Shown here: in pieces, positions 11,380 through 20,150 of the stretch
How the letters are laid out: each line of letters starts with the position of its first letter
Position numbering within the stretch: the stretch's first letter is position 1
Assembly: GCA_963845145.1 (NCBI GenBank)
Contig: CAWJQU010000013.1
Span: 155,980-219,979, forward strand
Origin: an uncultured delta proteobacterium
GTDB lineage: Bacteria; Desulfobacterota; Desulfobacteria; Desulfobacterales; QNYZ01
Direction: 5' to 3'
DNA length: 64,000 bases
The notes under the pieces: model-generated
Databases searched by the model: none
What the model saw: the letters and a program-made list of their open reading frames with translations, nothing else
Told to the model about the DNA's origin: nothing
Made by a program: the position numbers and the translations under genes

Positions 11380-12166
11380 CGATGTGCGCGTGCTGAAGGG
11401 TCTGTCTCTACTGTTAAATCAAAAATATCTTGTAAGTGAGGCCGCCGATGGAATACAGGCAATCAAAAAAGCCACGGAAGAAGAATTTTATTGCGTTGTG
11501 CTGGATGTAAAAATGCAGGGAATTAACGGGTTTGAGGTTTTTAAAAAAATAAAAGATATAAACAGGGACACGCCGATTATTTTTTATACAGCCTATCATG
11601 ACGAACACGACCTAACTGAAATTATTAACACCTATAGGCCGTATGGTTACGTCGAAAAAGGGGTTTCAGCGACGATATTAAAAAATTTAGTTGAAAGTGC
11701 CGTTAAAACTTATCAGGTGTATTTAGAGAGAGAATCCCAAAAAGAAGAGTTAGAGGAGACGAACACCGCCCTCAGGGTGTTATTAAAAAATATTGAGAAA
11801 GAGAAAAATGAAATCGTCGGAGATATAAACAATAATCTGAAAAAACTTGTTTTACCGTATTTACATGATGCCGTTGCCATGACGAAGAGTGAAAAAATCC
11901 GAGAAAACATTAATATCGCCGAGGATAATATTAGAAGAGCGGTTGTTCCCTTTCTTGGGCGTTCGGCAAAACTGTATTCACTTTCGCCAAAAGAATTAAA
12001 GGTCGCAAATTTGATTAAAAGTCAAAAAAGCTCGAAAGAGATAGCCGATATTATGTTTATCAGTATTAAAACCGTTGAGTTTCATCGTCGTAATTTAAGG
12101 CACAAGTTAGAAATAAAAAACAAAAAAACAAACCTTCGCGCCTACTTGGCCACGACAGACCTATAA
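11345..12166 (+). CDS. Response regulator: receiver + coiled coil + LuxR-type HTH
   Basis: ILVVDDD...LDVKM...FYTAY receiver; LSPKELKVANLI...SSKEIADIMFISIKTVEFHRRNLRHKL LuxR HTH; overlaps the kinase stop. Confidence 0.92.
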   Translation: MSRQLPILVVDDDVRVLKGLSLLLNQKYLVSEAADGIQAIKKATEEEFYCVVLDVKMQGINGFEVFKKIKDINRDTPIIFYTAYHDEHDLTEIINTYRPYGYVEKGVSATILKNLVESAVKTYQVYLERESQKEELEETNTALRVLLKNIEKEKNEIVGDINNNLKKLVLPYLHDAVAMTKSEKIRENINIAEDNIRRAVVPFLGRSAKLYSLSPKELKVANLIKSQKSSKEIADIMFISIKTVEFHRRNLRHKLEIKNKKTNLRAYLATTDL

Positions 12167-12183
12167 AACAACCCCAGGTATAA

Positions 12184-12204
12184 CCCCGACAATTCCCTGA
12201 CAAT
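12184..12204. promoter_or_regulatory. Direct repeat CCCYGACAAT x2 (11-bp period), possible transcription-factor binding site
   Basis: CCCCGACAAT at 12184-12193 and CCCTGACAAT at 12195-12204, just after the response regulator stop. Confidence 0.4.
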
Positions 12205-12249
12205 CTTTTAGGGTATACAAGGCAAGTAATCTCAACTATTTATACCAAA

Positions 12250-12639
12250 TCAAAAAAAACATTTTTTTGTTTTTTTTGAAATCGTTTACGCAAAAGCGAA
12301 CTGTTTTATCGAGGTAAGGGAGTACCCATTTGCTCTCCTATTTTAAAAAGAGCGGAATCCACACGGTAACCATGTAGCTCATCAGTTTTAGTGCTACAGG
12401 AATTTGCAAGAATCTACCATCAGGAGATTTCTTGTGTTTTTTAAATCCGCGTGGATGTGGCCGGTTGTTGCAACAACTACCACTCAGGAATAAGTCACCC
12501 GATCTCAATGTTGATCAGAGTACAAGACCCTGCTGTTTTGCCCAACGAAGTTAAGCTTGATCTGAACGGATGTTTCGTCGTTGAGGGGAGATCGGGTGAC
12601 TTATCTTAAGCGCCGGTGGCAACGTGCCGGTTAACGCTT
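12250..12639. ncRNA. Candidate structured RNA / inverted-repeat-dense element
   Basis: At least 7 stems: 12250-12260/12269-12279, 12357-12366/12447-12456 (enclosing two hairpins), palindrome 12464-12477, 17-bp perfect 12490-12506/12588-12604, 12608-12612/12635-12639. Transcription not shown. Confidence 0.35.
12481..12609 (+). pseudogene. Fragment resembling F-type conjugative transfer protein TraB (VirB10-like)
   Basis: Manual translation HSGISHPISMLIRVQDPAVLPNEVKLDLNGCFVVEGRSGDLS* matches my recollection of the TraB core (P-x-L-x-R-x4-A-x-LPN...DL-x-GCF...GDLS). Confidence 0.6.
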
Positions 12640-12705
12640 CCATGCGAATAAAAATCAAGTAACGCTATATACTTTTTTTGTCTGGGGATGTGAGGAATAC
12701 ATCAA

Positions 12706-12942
12706 ATGGATAGCCATGAGAAATACCCTTGGGAGATGGATAATGTTGGTCATCAGTGTTTTAGCTGTAGAAAATATAATTTCAGAGATAGGTACGGGAC
12801 CGGGCCGTTGTCCTGTATCGTTTATCCCCGGGGAATGAGTTATGATAAAATTATCAATAAAGAAGCATGTGATGATTTTGAGGAGAATCATGAGCCCTTC
12901 AGTATGACTATCCCGCTATACCAGCCGCATCATAAGCGGTAG
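12706..12942 (+). CDS. Small Cys-motif hypothetical protein (CxxC...C...C)
   Basis: GAGGA RBS; CFSC...SCIVYPRGM...EACDDFE; 3' end overlaps the convergent TraB/GumN gene by 27 nt. Confidence 0.5.
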   Translation: MDSHEKYPWEMDNVGHQCFSCRKYNFRDRYGTGPLSCIVYPRGMSYDKIINKEACDDFEENHEPFSMTIPLYQPHHKR

Positions 12943-14061
12943 GGCCACAAAAGTTCCCAGGGAACTGCCCAAATTGGTAAAAACCACTACCAGTAAGATG
13001 CGGGTCACCTTATTACGCCAAAAACCCCTGACGGAAAGGATATCGGTCTGCAGGCTCTCCATATCTTTGACTCTTGGTTTACGCGAGGCCGCCTCGACCA
13101 GACCGGAAACCCATCCGGCGGCAATCAGCGGATTAAGCGACGTTAGCGGGGCGGCCAATACGGAAGAGATTATTGTCAGAGGATGCCCCAGGGCCAACAG
13201 GGCGCCCAAACCGGCCAAGGTGCCATTGGCCAATATCCACCAGATGAGCATGTGTTTACCGGTATCGAACCCGCCCTGGAAGAACCCGAATATAAACACA
13301 CCGATGATTAGTATAGGAATCAACCACTTAAGGATATGAACCGATTTGCGTGCCGGAGGAATGGTATTCAGTGCTGTCAGATCTATCTTTTTATCCCAAT
13401 ATTTTTTAATCCCCGCCACATGGCCGGCACCCACCACCGCCACAATTTTTTCGCCAGGGGCTTCACGGATGCGTTGCGCCAGGTACTGATCGCGTTCGTC
13501 GATGATGATGCGGCTAACCACGGGAAACGATTTTCCAATATCGGCCATTACCGCTGTGAGTACATCCTGCTCTTTCATTTTCTCAACGTCTTCAGCACTG
13601 ATTTCATCACTTTCGCCGAAGGAGAGGACGATTTGAAAAAGCAATTTTAGTTTATCCCATAACCCCATGGCCCGGAAGGTTCGAGAGAGCGTCACGCGAA
13701 CATCTCGATCCGCCAGATGAATTTGGGCATTGACCCGATCGGCCGCCTCAATGGCCCGAATCATCTCTTCACCCGGCTTGATGTCGAGTTTATGGGCGAT
13801 CCGTTTTTGAAACGAGGCCAATAAAAGGTGAGAGAGTAGTAGAAAGGCTTTTTTCTCTTTAATTACCTTAACGATATCAGTATTGCGCCATTGGTCCCGA
13901 CTTTTTAGGGATTGGTAGCGGGATTCGCAAAGCTCGACACACACCGTATCGGGTTTTTCTTCATCAATCACCTTCTCCACCAGCGCCACGCTCTCTTTAG
14001 AGACATGGGCCGTTCCGATCAGGGTGATTTCCTTGTTTGCCGTCTTCAGTTGATGGATCAT
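12916..14061 (-). CDS. TraB/GumN family protein (pheromone-shutdown type)
   Basis: LIGTAHVS, VCVELC, DERD, VVGAGH motifs plus C-terminal TM helices. Confidence 0.92.
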   Translation of the reverse strand: MIHQLKTANKEITLIGTAHVSKESVALVEKVIDEEKPDTVCVELCESRYQSLKSRDQWRNTDIVKVIKEKKAFLLLSHLLLASFQKRIAHKLDIKPGEEMIRAIEAADRVNAQIHLADRDVRVTLSRTFRAMGLWDKLKLLFQIVLSFGESDEISAEDVEKMKEQDVLTAVMADIGKSFPVVSRIIIDERDQYLAQRIREAPGEKIVAVVGAGHVAGIKKYWDKKIDLTALNTIPPARKSVHILKWLIPILIIGVFIFGFFQGGFDTGKHMLIWWILANGTLAGLGALLALGHPLTIISSVLAAPLTSLNPLIAAGWVSGLVEAASRKPRVKDMESLQTDILSVRGFWRNKVTRILLVVVFTNLGSSLGTFVALPLMMRLV

Positions 14062-14171
14062 TTTTTCACTATAGGCGCAGTTGTTTGTCCAACGCAATGA
14101 TAAAGCGTTAAGATGGCCATTAATACGGTGAAGTCAACCGATCGGCAAGCGTCAAAATTGTCGTCAATAAT

Positions 14172-14648
14172 TTACTTGGATAGGGCCCATTTTTTTCTAA
14201 AAATGAGCGTGAAGACGAATAGGCCCAAAAAGAGCATGGCAAACCCCAGGTGGCCCAGGTTGATGATGTGGACGACTCCCGATGTGAAAAACGAACCGGG
14301 AAGGTTTTTAATGGTGAAAAATACCCCGGTGATCACGATACCGGTCATCAGCGATGACCCCACATAACCGACACCGGTCATGCGGCGATGGCTTCGCTGG
14401 GATAGAAAGTGGTCTAATACGACATAAGCAATCAAGGCCAATAATACCGCCGCCCCGACATAATGTATATAACGGGTGATATAAAAATCTGCCAACCAGG
14501 TCATACCCGGAATGTCGGCCAGGTAATACCGTTTGTAAATAGGCATTTGGCCGAAACCGGTCAGTGCCATGGTTAGCAACGTCACAACAAATAGGGGGTA
14601 TAAAAATTTTCTCTTGGCCGGTTTATTCATATGGGTCAGCTGGGTCAT
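14172..14648 (-). CDS. Membrane protein, cytochrome b-like anchor of the adjacent Fe-S protein
   Basis: About 4 TM helices with His residues, TGFGQMPIYKRYY motif; overlaps the Fe-S gene by 4 nt. Confidence 0.75.
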   Translation of the reverse strand: MTQLTHMNKPAKRKFLYPLFVVTLLTMALTGFGQMPIYKRYYLADIPGMTWLADFYITRYIHYVGAAVLLALIAYVVLDHFLSQRSHRRMTGVGYVGSSLMTGIVITGVFFTIKNLPGSFFTSGVVHIINLGHLGFAMLFLGLFVFTLIFRKKWALSK

Positions 14649-15613
14649 TTTTTCTCCAAAGGGGTCGCGGTTTTTGAATATTTATAAAATTTCCCAATTG
14701 CGGCGGCAATACCGGCTACTGGGGCCAAAGCCATGGCGGTGACCAGGTTGTTCGCTTCTTGCATCTTATCCGCCACCGGTTTAAGGGGCGGGCGGCCTTT
14801 GCCGGTATTCAGGGCTTGATTGATGGTTTCAAAGGGTACCGGGGAGACATAAATCGTGTTGGTCCCGCCGTTTTCGGTTTCACCGTAAATAAATCCGTCC
14901 ATTTCATCTGCCAATTTGTGGGCGGCCGCTATAATGTCATCACGGGGACCGATGGTCTGGACACCCTCGGGACACGATTCGATGCAGGCGGGCAGTTCGC
15001 CATCGGCGATACGGTTGTAACAGCGGTCGCATTTGTACATGACCCCATTGCCGGCAAATTGGGGCAGGATATCGAGATATATGCCGACACCGGTCTGTCG
15101 TTGGGGAATATGCCAGGGACAGACGGAGCGGCACTTCGAACCGCCTAAGCAAATATCGGAATCGATTCGGGAAATGCCGTTGGTTTCCTGTTTGGCGGCA
15201 CCAAAAGGACAAAGTTTGACGCAGGGCGGATTGACGCAATGCATACAGCGCCGTGGAATGGTTAACTCATATTCCTCGCCTTTATAAGTGACGTCAGCCG
15301 TTTGAATAAAAAGCCAGTTATACGGGGTCAGTCGATCCGTTACGTCTTGTTTTTCGGACCAGTCGGATACTTTGACGCGTGGCGGGAACATCTTCGGAAA
15401 GGGCTTTTCCGGGTTTGGATATTTATCCCCATTGGCCTCGCTGCAAGCCCCTACACACTCCTCACAGCCTATGCATCGACTGATATCGATTAGTGTTGCC
15501 AATTGGCCTTGGCCGTCGCTTTGCGCGGCTTTGGCAACGGGTGCCGAAGCGGTCAGGGCGGCTGCCGCAAGGCCACCTTTTAAAAACGCTCGCCGGGAAA
15601 TTTGAGAAGTCAT
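14645..15613 (-). CDS. Tat-exported 4Fe-4S dicluster protein (HybA/NrfC/DmsB-like)
   Basis: SRRAFLK twin-arginine signal; CIGCEEC, CMHC..PPCVKLCP, C..C...CP, CDRC...PACIESCP. Confidence 0.9.
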   Translation of the reverse strand: MTSQISRRAFLKGGLAAAALTASAPVAKAAQSDGQGQLATLIDISRCIGCEECVGACSEANGDKYPNPEKPFPKMFPPRVKVSDWSEKQDVTDRLTPYNWLFIQTADVTYKGEEYELTIPRRCMHCVNPPCVKLCPFGAAKQETNGISRIDSDICLGGSKCRSVCPWHIPQRQTGVGIYLDILPQFAGNGVMYKCDRCYNRIADGELPACIESCPEGVQTIGPRDDIIAAAHKLADEMDGFIYGETENGGTNTIYVSPVPFETINQALNTGKGRPPLKPVADKMQEANNLVTAMALAPVAGIAAAIGKFYKYSKTATPLEKK

Positions 15614-15726
15614 TTTTTACATTTACCTCAATTGTGGTTGTCGGAGACCTTAAGTATTCTATTCTATGGAGACAAATCGGGGGGGAAGGTTACACAATTA
15701 TTAAAATTAACCGACGGCCTGATACC

Positions 15727-18700
15727 CTAATGGCGAAGGTTACCGGGCCCCACGACCAACATGCGTTCATGCAGGCGCCGCGCTTGAATGCAGAACGTTT
15801 CCAATTTGGCGTTGATGAGTTGGGGAAAAGGCGAGCCGTCAGATTCGATGGCTAAAAAGGGCAGATCGTCCAGATCGGCCAGTACGGCCTGGAGATTTTC
15901 ATTTTTCGGATCGGTTGCGAGTTTTCCGGATCGTGTCATCACTTCATTTAGGACGGCCTCGGAGAGGCGATTGGGCATACAGCCGAAGGGACCAATGGCT
16001 ATGACCCCACAGGTGTGGGTGGCGATTTCCCCGAGCGAAGCCCCGATGGTCAATATCGCCTCCCCGGCCAGATCGGGAGAAATATAGGGCCGTGCCGTAT
16101 CAATGATGTTTTGAATATCGATCGGCTTGGCGTGAACCAGGCGGCTGCGGTTCATGGTATTTTTGATCTGCTTTTCGTAGCGTACCATGAAATTCTGGCG
16201 GAGCAGAAAGCGCAATAGCTCCATCCCCTTAAGGGTATGATCGGAATACCCTTTTTGGGCACAATAATCCGTGTAGCGCACCCATTCGGCGATGGGCGTG
16301 CAGGTGGTTGCGAACCCCTGTACCGCAAGGGTATCGGTAATATTTTGACGGGACAGGTCGTCCCGGCGCACAAATATTTCCCCGGTGAGGGCGATGACGG
16401 GGACTTCTTCCACCGGACGCTTTAAAGCCACTTCATTAAAATGCCGGTTGCTTTGATCCAGCTGGTTATTCAGGCGCTTAAAATCTCCCCCCGCCAGGGC
16501 TTCGCGGATGCGATCCCATTCCCGTTCAAATATCGTGAGGGCGTAATCCGGCTGTTGAGCGTTGGCTAACAACATGGACCGTATATCTTCCATCACATCC
16601 GAAACAATGACGGCAAACCAGCCCCACTTTTCAAAATTGCTGGACATGCCCATATAGGAGTTCTCGGCCGATAAAGAGAGAATGGCCACATCGGGAATTT
16701 CCAAACGCTGAACCAGGTCTTCCATAAATATATAGTATTGGCCGAAGCGACAGGGCCCGGACCCGGTGGGCATAAAGTAAACCAGGACTTCATCGGGTTT
16801 TTTTTCGGTTTGAATATAGTTTAAGAGCGTCCCCGTAGTGAGAATTAACGGCAGGCATTCTTTACAGCTGGTATTGGCCCGTCCCAATTTAAGGACGGCT
16901 TCATTCGAAGGGGCGTGGGCTTTGGCGTGGTATCCCAACCCGTTGAACACGGGTATGATTGCTTCCGACGATAAACGGCCCATGGATGGCACCAGCAGGG
17001 TGACCCGCGGATCGGTAAGGGGTAAATGTTCCCCGGCAGAGGTGATCACGTGGGGGCGCGCTTTTTCCAAACTTGTTTTTGCCGGCACAAAAGTGCTGGG
17101 TCGATGGGTTGTCTGTTTTTCGGTTTCTAACTGACGGTAGGCGGTGACAATATCGAGAAACGCTTCGATGCGGGTTTCCAGGCCGGCATCGGCGGTATGG
17201 CTGTCGAGTTCCAAGGTCAGTGAGGGTTTGCGACCCATTTGGGATCGAAAGTAGCCGATGACAAAGGAATCCGGTCCGCAGGAAAAATTGGTGATGTAGG
17301 TGCCGAACAATTGCCGATGTTGTTTGACGACTTTAGCGGCCATTAAAATCATTTGGCCCATCCCCCAATACATATGTCTTCGTCCGGTTTCATTTTGAAA
17401 ATCCATGAAATCCAGTGGAATGACCTTGACCCCCCGGGATGCAAATTTGTGGGGAATTCCCATATGGGCTTCTTCCGAGAAGGCATTGTATGGCCGGCCA
17501 AAGAGCACCACCGCCATCTGTTCGGGATGTTCAGCCAAATCTGCCAGCGCCATTTTCCCCATCATTTTCATCTCAGCATGGCAGGCGTTTTGCCGGGCCG
17601 TGGCTTTGGAAAATGCTTTTTTGGCTTCGCGTCGGCGGATACCCATTTCCCGGGCAGTATCAATAAATGGCTTTTCCGCGGCAGACAGCCCAGCGGTTAC
17701 ATCCAGCATGGGGGCGAGGATTTTCATTCCCCGGTCTGTCAGCTTGTCGATTTGTTCTCTGAAAGCGGTGCGTAAGTAAAAGGGTTCGCCTTGCACCAGT
17801 GGGCATAGTTGAGAGCTGGAGCTGCCATTTTGAATCGGTATTGCCTTGAAATGGGGCAAAAACAGATAATCCGGGCGGGACGGGTTGTTTAGTAGGGAGT
17901 AAAAAAAGCCATGGGCCAGTTCCACCGGGTAGCAAAAAGGGGCATTTCGTTGGTCAATCCCTTCCTGGGCAGGCTTATCAGAAAGGATCAGGTCGAATCC
18001 CAGTTCGTTAAAAAAGGTTGAATAAAGCGGGTAATACGTATTCACCAAAAAACTGCGGTTGATCGCCACCGTCGGTCGGTCGCCCGGAGTGGTGACAGCG
18101 GCGACACCGTATTTTTCAAAAATGAAGTGTTGGCGTAGCCGGACCAGGTCGAGCTTACCGATATCATAGCGGACATTGTTTCGCAGGTTATAATACCGGT
18201 TGCAGGCTCCGCCGAACGGGTACTTTTCCCCGTCCATATGGATGGTGGCGATTAAACAGCGCCGATCGCATTTTTCTTTGCCCCCGCGACAGGTAAAGGA
18301 CTTGCCGTATGCCACGCGACGTTCAATCAATGTGGCGAGGTCAAACCGTTGGCGGGCCATTAACCCGGCCGCTATCCGTGTTTTGACTTCCAGAGCCACG
18401 CCAAAAGCCCCCATTAGTCCCGGTTCCGGCGGAACGACGATCGGTTTTCCCAATAAAGAGGCCATGGCCATGGGCACCGCGCGGTTGTAACAAACCCCTC
18501 CCTGCATGAACACTTTTTCCCCTACCGGCCGGTTACCTTTGACGCGGTTGGAATAGTTCATGCAAATTGAATAGACCAAGCCGGCCACGATATCTTCGTG
18601 GGCAACCCCGTCATGGATGGCGTTTTTGATGTCCGAGGAGATAAACGCAGCACATTGATCGTTAAAATTGGGCGGATACTTTCCGGCAAGGGCCACCTCG

Positions 18701-20130
18701 GCGATATTTTCCATCTTTACGCCAAGGGTTTCCAGGGCCGATTCTTCGAGAAATGAGCCGGTTCCGGCCGAACACGCCTCGTTCATGGCGTAATCGGAAG
18801 CGACCCCATTGGTGATATAGGTGTATTTGGCATCCTGGCCGCCGATTTCAAAAATAGTGTCCACCTGCGCATCAAAGTAGACGGCGGCAGCTGCATGGGC
18901 AATGATCTCGTTGATCACGCCATCGGTAAGCGCATGTAATCCGGCGATTTGACGCCCGCTGCCGCACACCCCCAGACCGAATATCTCGATGTCGGCGGCA
19001 TCGATTTCTCTTTCAACCGCCTCTAAAATCGCCTGGTAACAGCGTTGCGACGCGCCCACCGGATCGCCATTGGTCCGCAGGTAAACCGAGGCAAGGATGG
19101 CATCGTCGGTGGCACGCAGCAATACGGCCTTGGTCGTGGTGGAGCCTACGTCCAGTCCAAGAATGCACCGGTCCCCCGCTTGAGCCCGGTCTTGGGCGAT
19201 GGATTTAAATTCCACCTGTGGGGCAAATTCCATAAGCGGTGAAAGTGTGTCAAACGTTTTTTGTTCATCCAGAAAGAGTTCGTTTAAATCCGTTAGCTGA
19301 CGGGTATCGTTTTTTAAGGCCCAGAGCCCGGCGCCCATTGCCTCGAAGTAGGGGGCCTGTTCCGGGACGATGAGATCGGAGATTTCCTGCCTGAGGTAAG
19401 CCATCATCATTTTATTTTGTGCCGTACCCCCGGTGACCATGATGTTTTTTCTGTTAACTTTTTTTAGCAATTCAAGGATCTTGTTGGCCATCATGCGGCA
19501 AAGGCCTGCGGTGACCGTCTCCCGGGGGATACCCTTGTTGGTGGCGTGCGTGCAATCGGATTTGCAAAAAACCGAACAGCGGCCCGAGACCTTGTAGGGT
19601 TCCTGGGTGGATGACCATTTGGCGGCCTCTTCCAAGGAAACATTCATGCGGCGTATTTGTTGAAGGAAAAATTCGCCGGTACCGGAGGCGCATTTGTTGC
19701 CGGTTTGAACACCGCTGATTTGGCCCTTCCCATTTAAAACATAAACCATGAACGTTTCACCACCGGCCGACACAACGGCCGGGCAGTCGGTATCGTCCGG
19801 CTTGGCGTAGGCATAGGCCAGTTCTACGGCTTCGGGTTCGGGCAGGGTGGAGAGATTAAGAACCTTCCGAAAGCGGCGGCCTGTCGCGGCAATTTGATCG
19901 AAAGTGGCCAGGTCTAATGAGGCTAACGCCTTAAGCAGGGTCTGCTTGGGATTGCCGTCATGGGGATAAAGGGCATGACTGACCACATGGGGTCGATTCA
20001 ATGGATTTGGCGCGGCAGAACTGGTTTGCGTCAGGTGGACGATGGAGACGGTCGATGCCCCGACGCAAATTCCCAGCGCATTAAGCGGACGTTCATTCGA
20101 ATTCGGATGAGGTGAGGTATTGCTGGCCAT
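15727..20130 (-). CDS. Acyl-CoA dehydratase activase fusion (two BcrAD/BadFG ATPase domains + DUF2229-type dehydratase region)
   Basis: KCASGTGEF, RCSVFCKSD, GLDVGSTTTK, EIGGQDAK, CSAGTGSF, FSCGPDS, GPCRFGQY, PFGCMP. Confidence 0.9.
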   Translation of the reverse strand: MASNTSPHPNSNERPLNALGICVGASTVSIVHLTQTSSAAPNPLNRPHVVSHALYPHDGNPKQTLLKALASLDLATFDQIAATGRRFRKVLNLSTLPEPEAVELAYAYAKPDDTDCPAVVSAGGETFMVYVLNGKGQISGVQTGNKCASGTGEFFLQQIRRMNVSLEEAAKWSSTQEPYKVSGRCSVFCKSDCTHATNKGIPRETVTAGLCRMMANKILELLKKVNRKNIMVTGGTAQNKMMMAYLRQEISDLIVPEQAPYFEAMGAGLWALKNDTRQLTDLNELFLDEQKTFDTLSPLMEFAPQVEFKSIAQDRAQAGDRCILGLDVGSTTTKAVLLRATDDAILASVYLRTNGDPVGASQRCYQAILEAVEREIDAADIEIFGLGVCGSGRQIAGLHALTDGVINEIIAHAAAAVYFDAQVDTIFEIGGQDAKYTYITNGVASDYAMNEACSAGTGSFLEESALETLGVKMENIAEVALAGKYPPNFNDQCAAFISSDIKNAIHDGVAHEDIVAGLVYSICMNYSNRVKGNRPVGEKVFMQGGVCYNRAVPMAMASLLGKPIVVPPEPGLMGAFGVALEVKTRIAAGLMARQRFDLATLIERRVAYGKSFTCRGGKEKCDRRCLIATIHMDGEKYPFGGACNRYYNLRNNVRYDIGKLDLVRLRQHFIFEKYGVAAVTTPGDRPTVAINRSFLVNTYYPLYSTFFNELGFDLILSDKPAQEGIDQRNAPFCYPVELAHGFFYSLLNNPSRPDYLFLPHFKAIPIQNGSSSSQLCPLVQGEPFYLRTAFREQIDKLTDRGMKILAPMLDVTAGLSAAEKPFIDTAREMGIRRREAKKAFSKATARQNACHAEMKMMGKMALADLAEHPEQMAVVLFGRPYNAFSEEAHMGIPHKFASRGVKVIPLDFMDFQNETGRRHMYWGMGQMILMAAKVVKQHRQLFGTYITNFSCGPDSFVIGYFRSQMGRKPSLTLELDSHTADAGLETRIEAFLDIVTAYRQLETEKQTTHRPSTFVPAKTSLEKARPHVITSAGEHLPLTDPRVTLLVPSMGRLSSEAIIPVFNGLGYHAKAHAPSNEAVLKLGRANTSCKECLPLILTTGTLLNYIQTEKKPDEVLVYFMPTGSGPCRFGQYYIFMEDLVQRLEIPDVAILSLSAENSYMGMSSNFEKWGWFAVIVSDVMEDIRSMLLANAQQPDYALTIFEREWDRIREALAGGDFKRLNNQLDQSNRHFNEVALKRPVEEVPVIALTGEIFVRRDDLSRQNITDTLAVQGFATTCTPIAEWVRYTDYCAQKGYSDHTLKGMELLRFLLRQNFMVRYEKQIKNTMNRSRLVHAKPIDIQNIIDTARPYISPDLAGEAILTIGASLGEIATHTCGVIAIGPFGCMPNRLSEAVLNEVMTRSGKLATDPKNENLQAVLADLDDLPFLAIESDGSPFPQLINAKLETFCIQARRLHERMLVVGPGNLRH

Positions 20131-20150
20131 TTGTATATGATTTACACGAT

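Noticed and set aside
12280..12480. c-di-GMP riboswitch, tRNA or other known RNA
   Set aside because: No GEMM (GCAAA/GNRA) architecture and no TTCGA T-loop/CCA pattern that I could recognise.
12490..12604. Retron msr-msd (a1/a2-like inverted repeat)
   Set aside because: No reverse transcriptase in the window, and the enclosed sequence looks like a traB coding fragment.
12916..14061. TraB/GumN gene as evidence of conjugation
   Set aside because: This family is unrelated to F-type TraB/VirB10; the shared name is coincidental.
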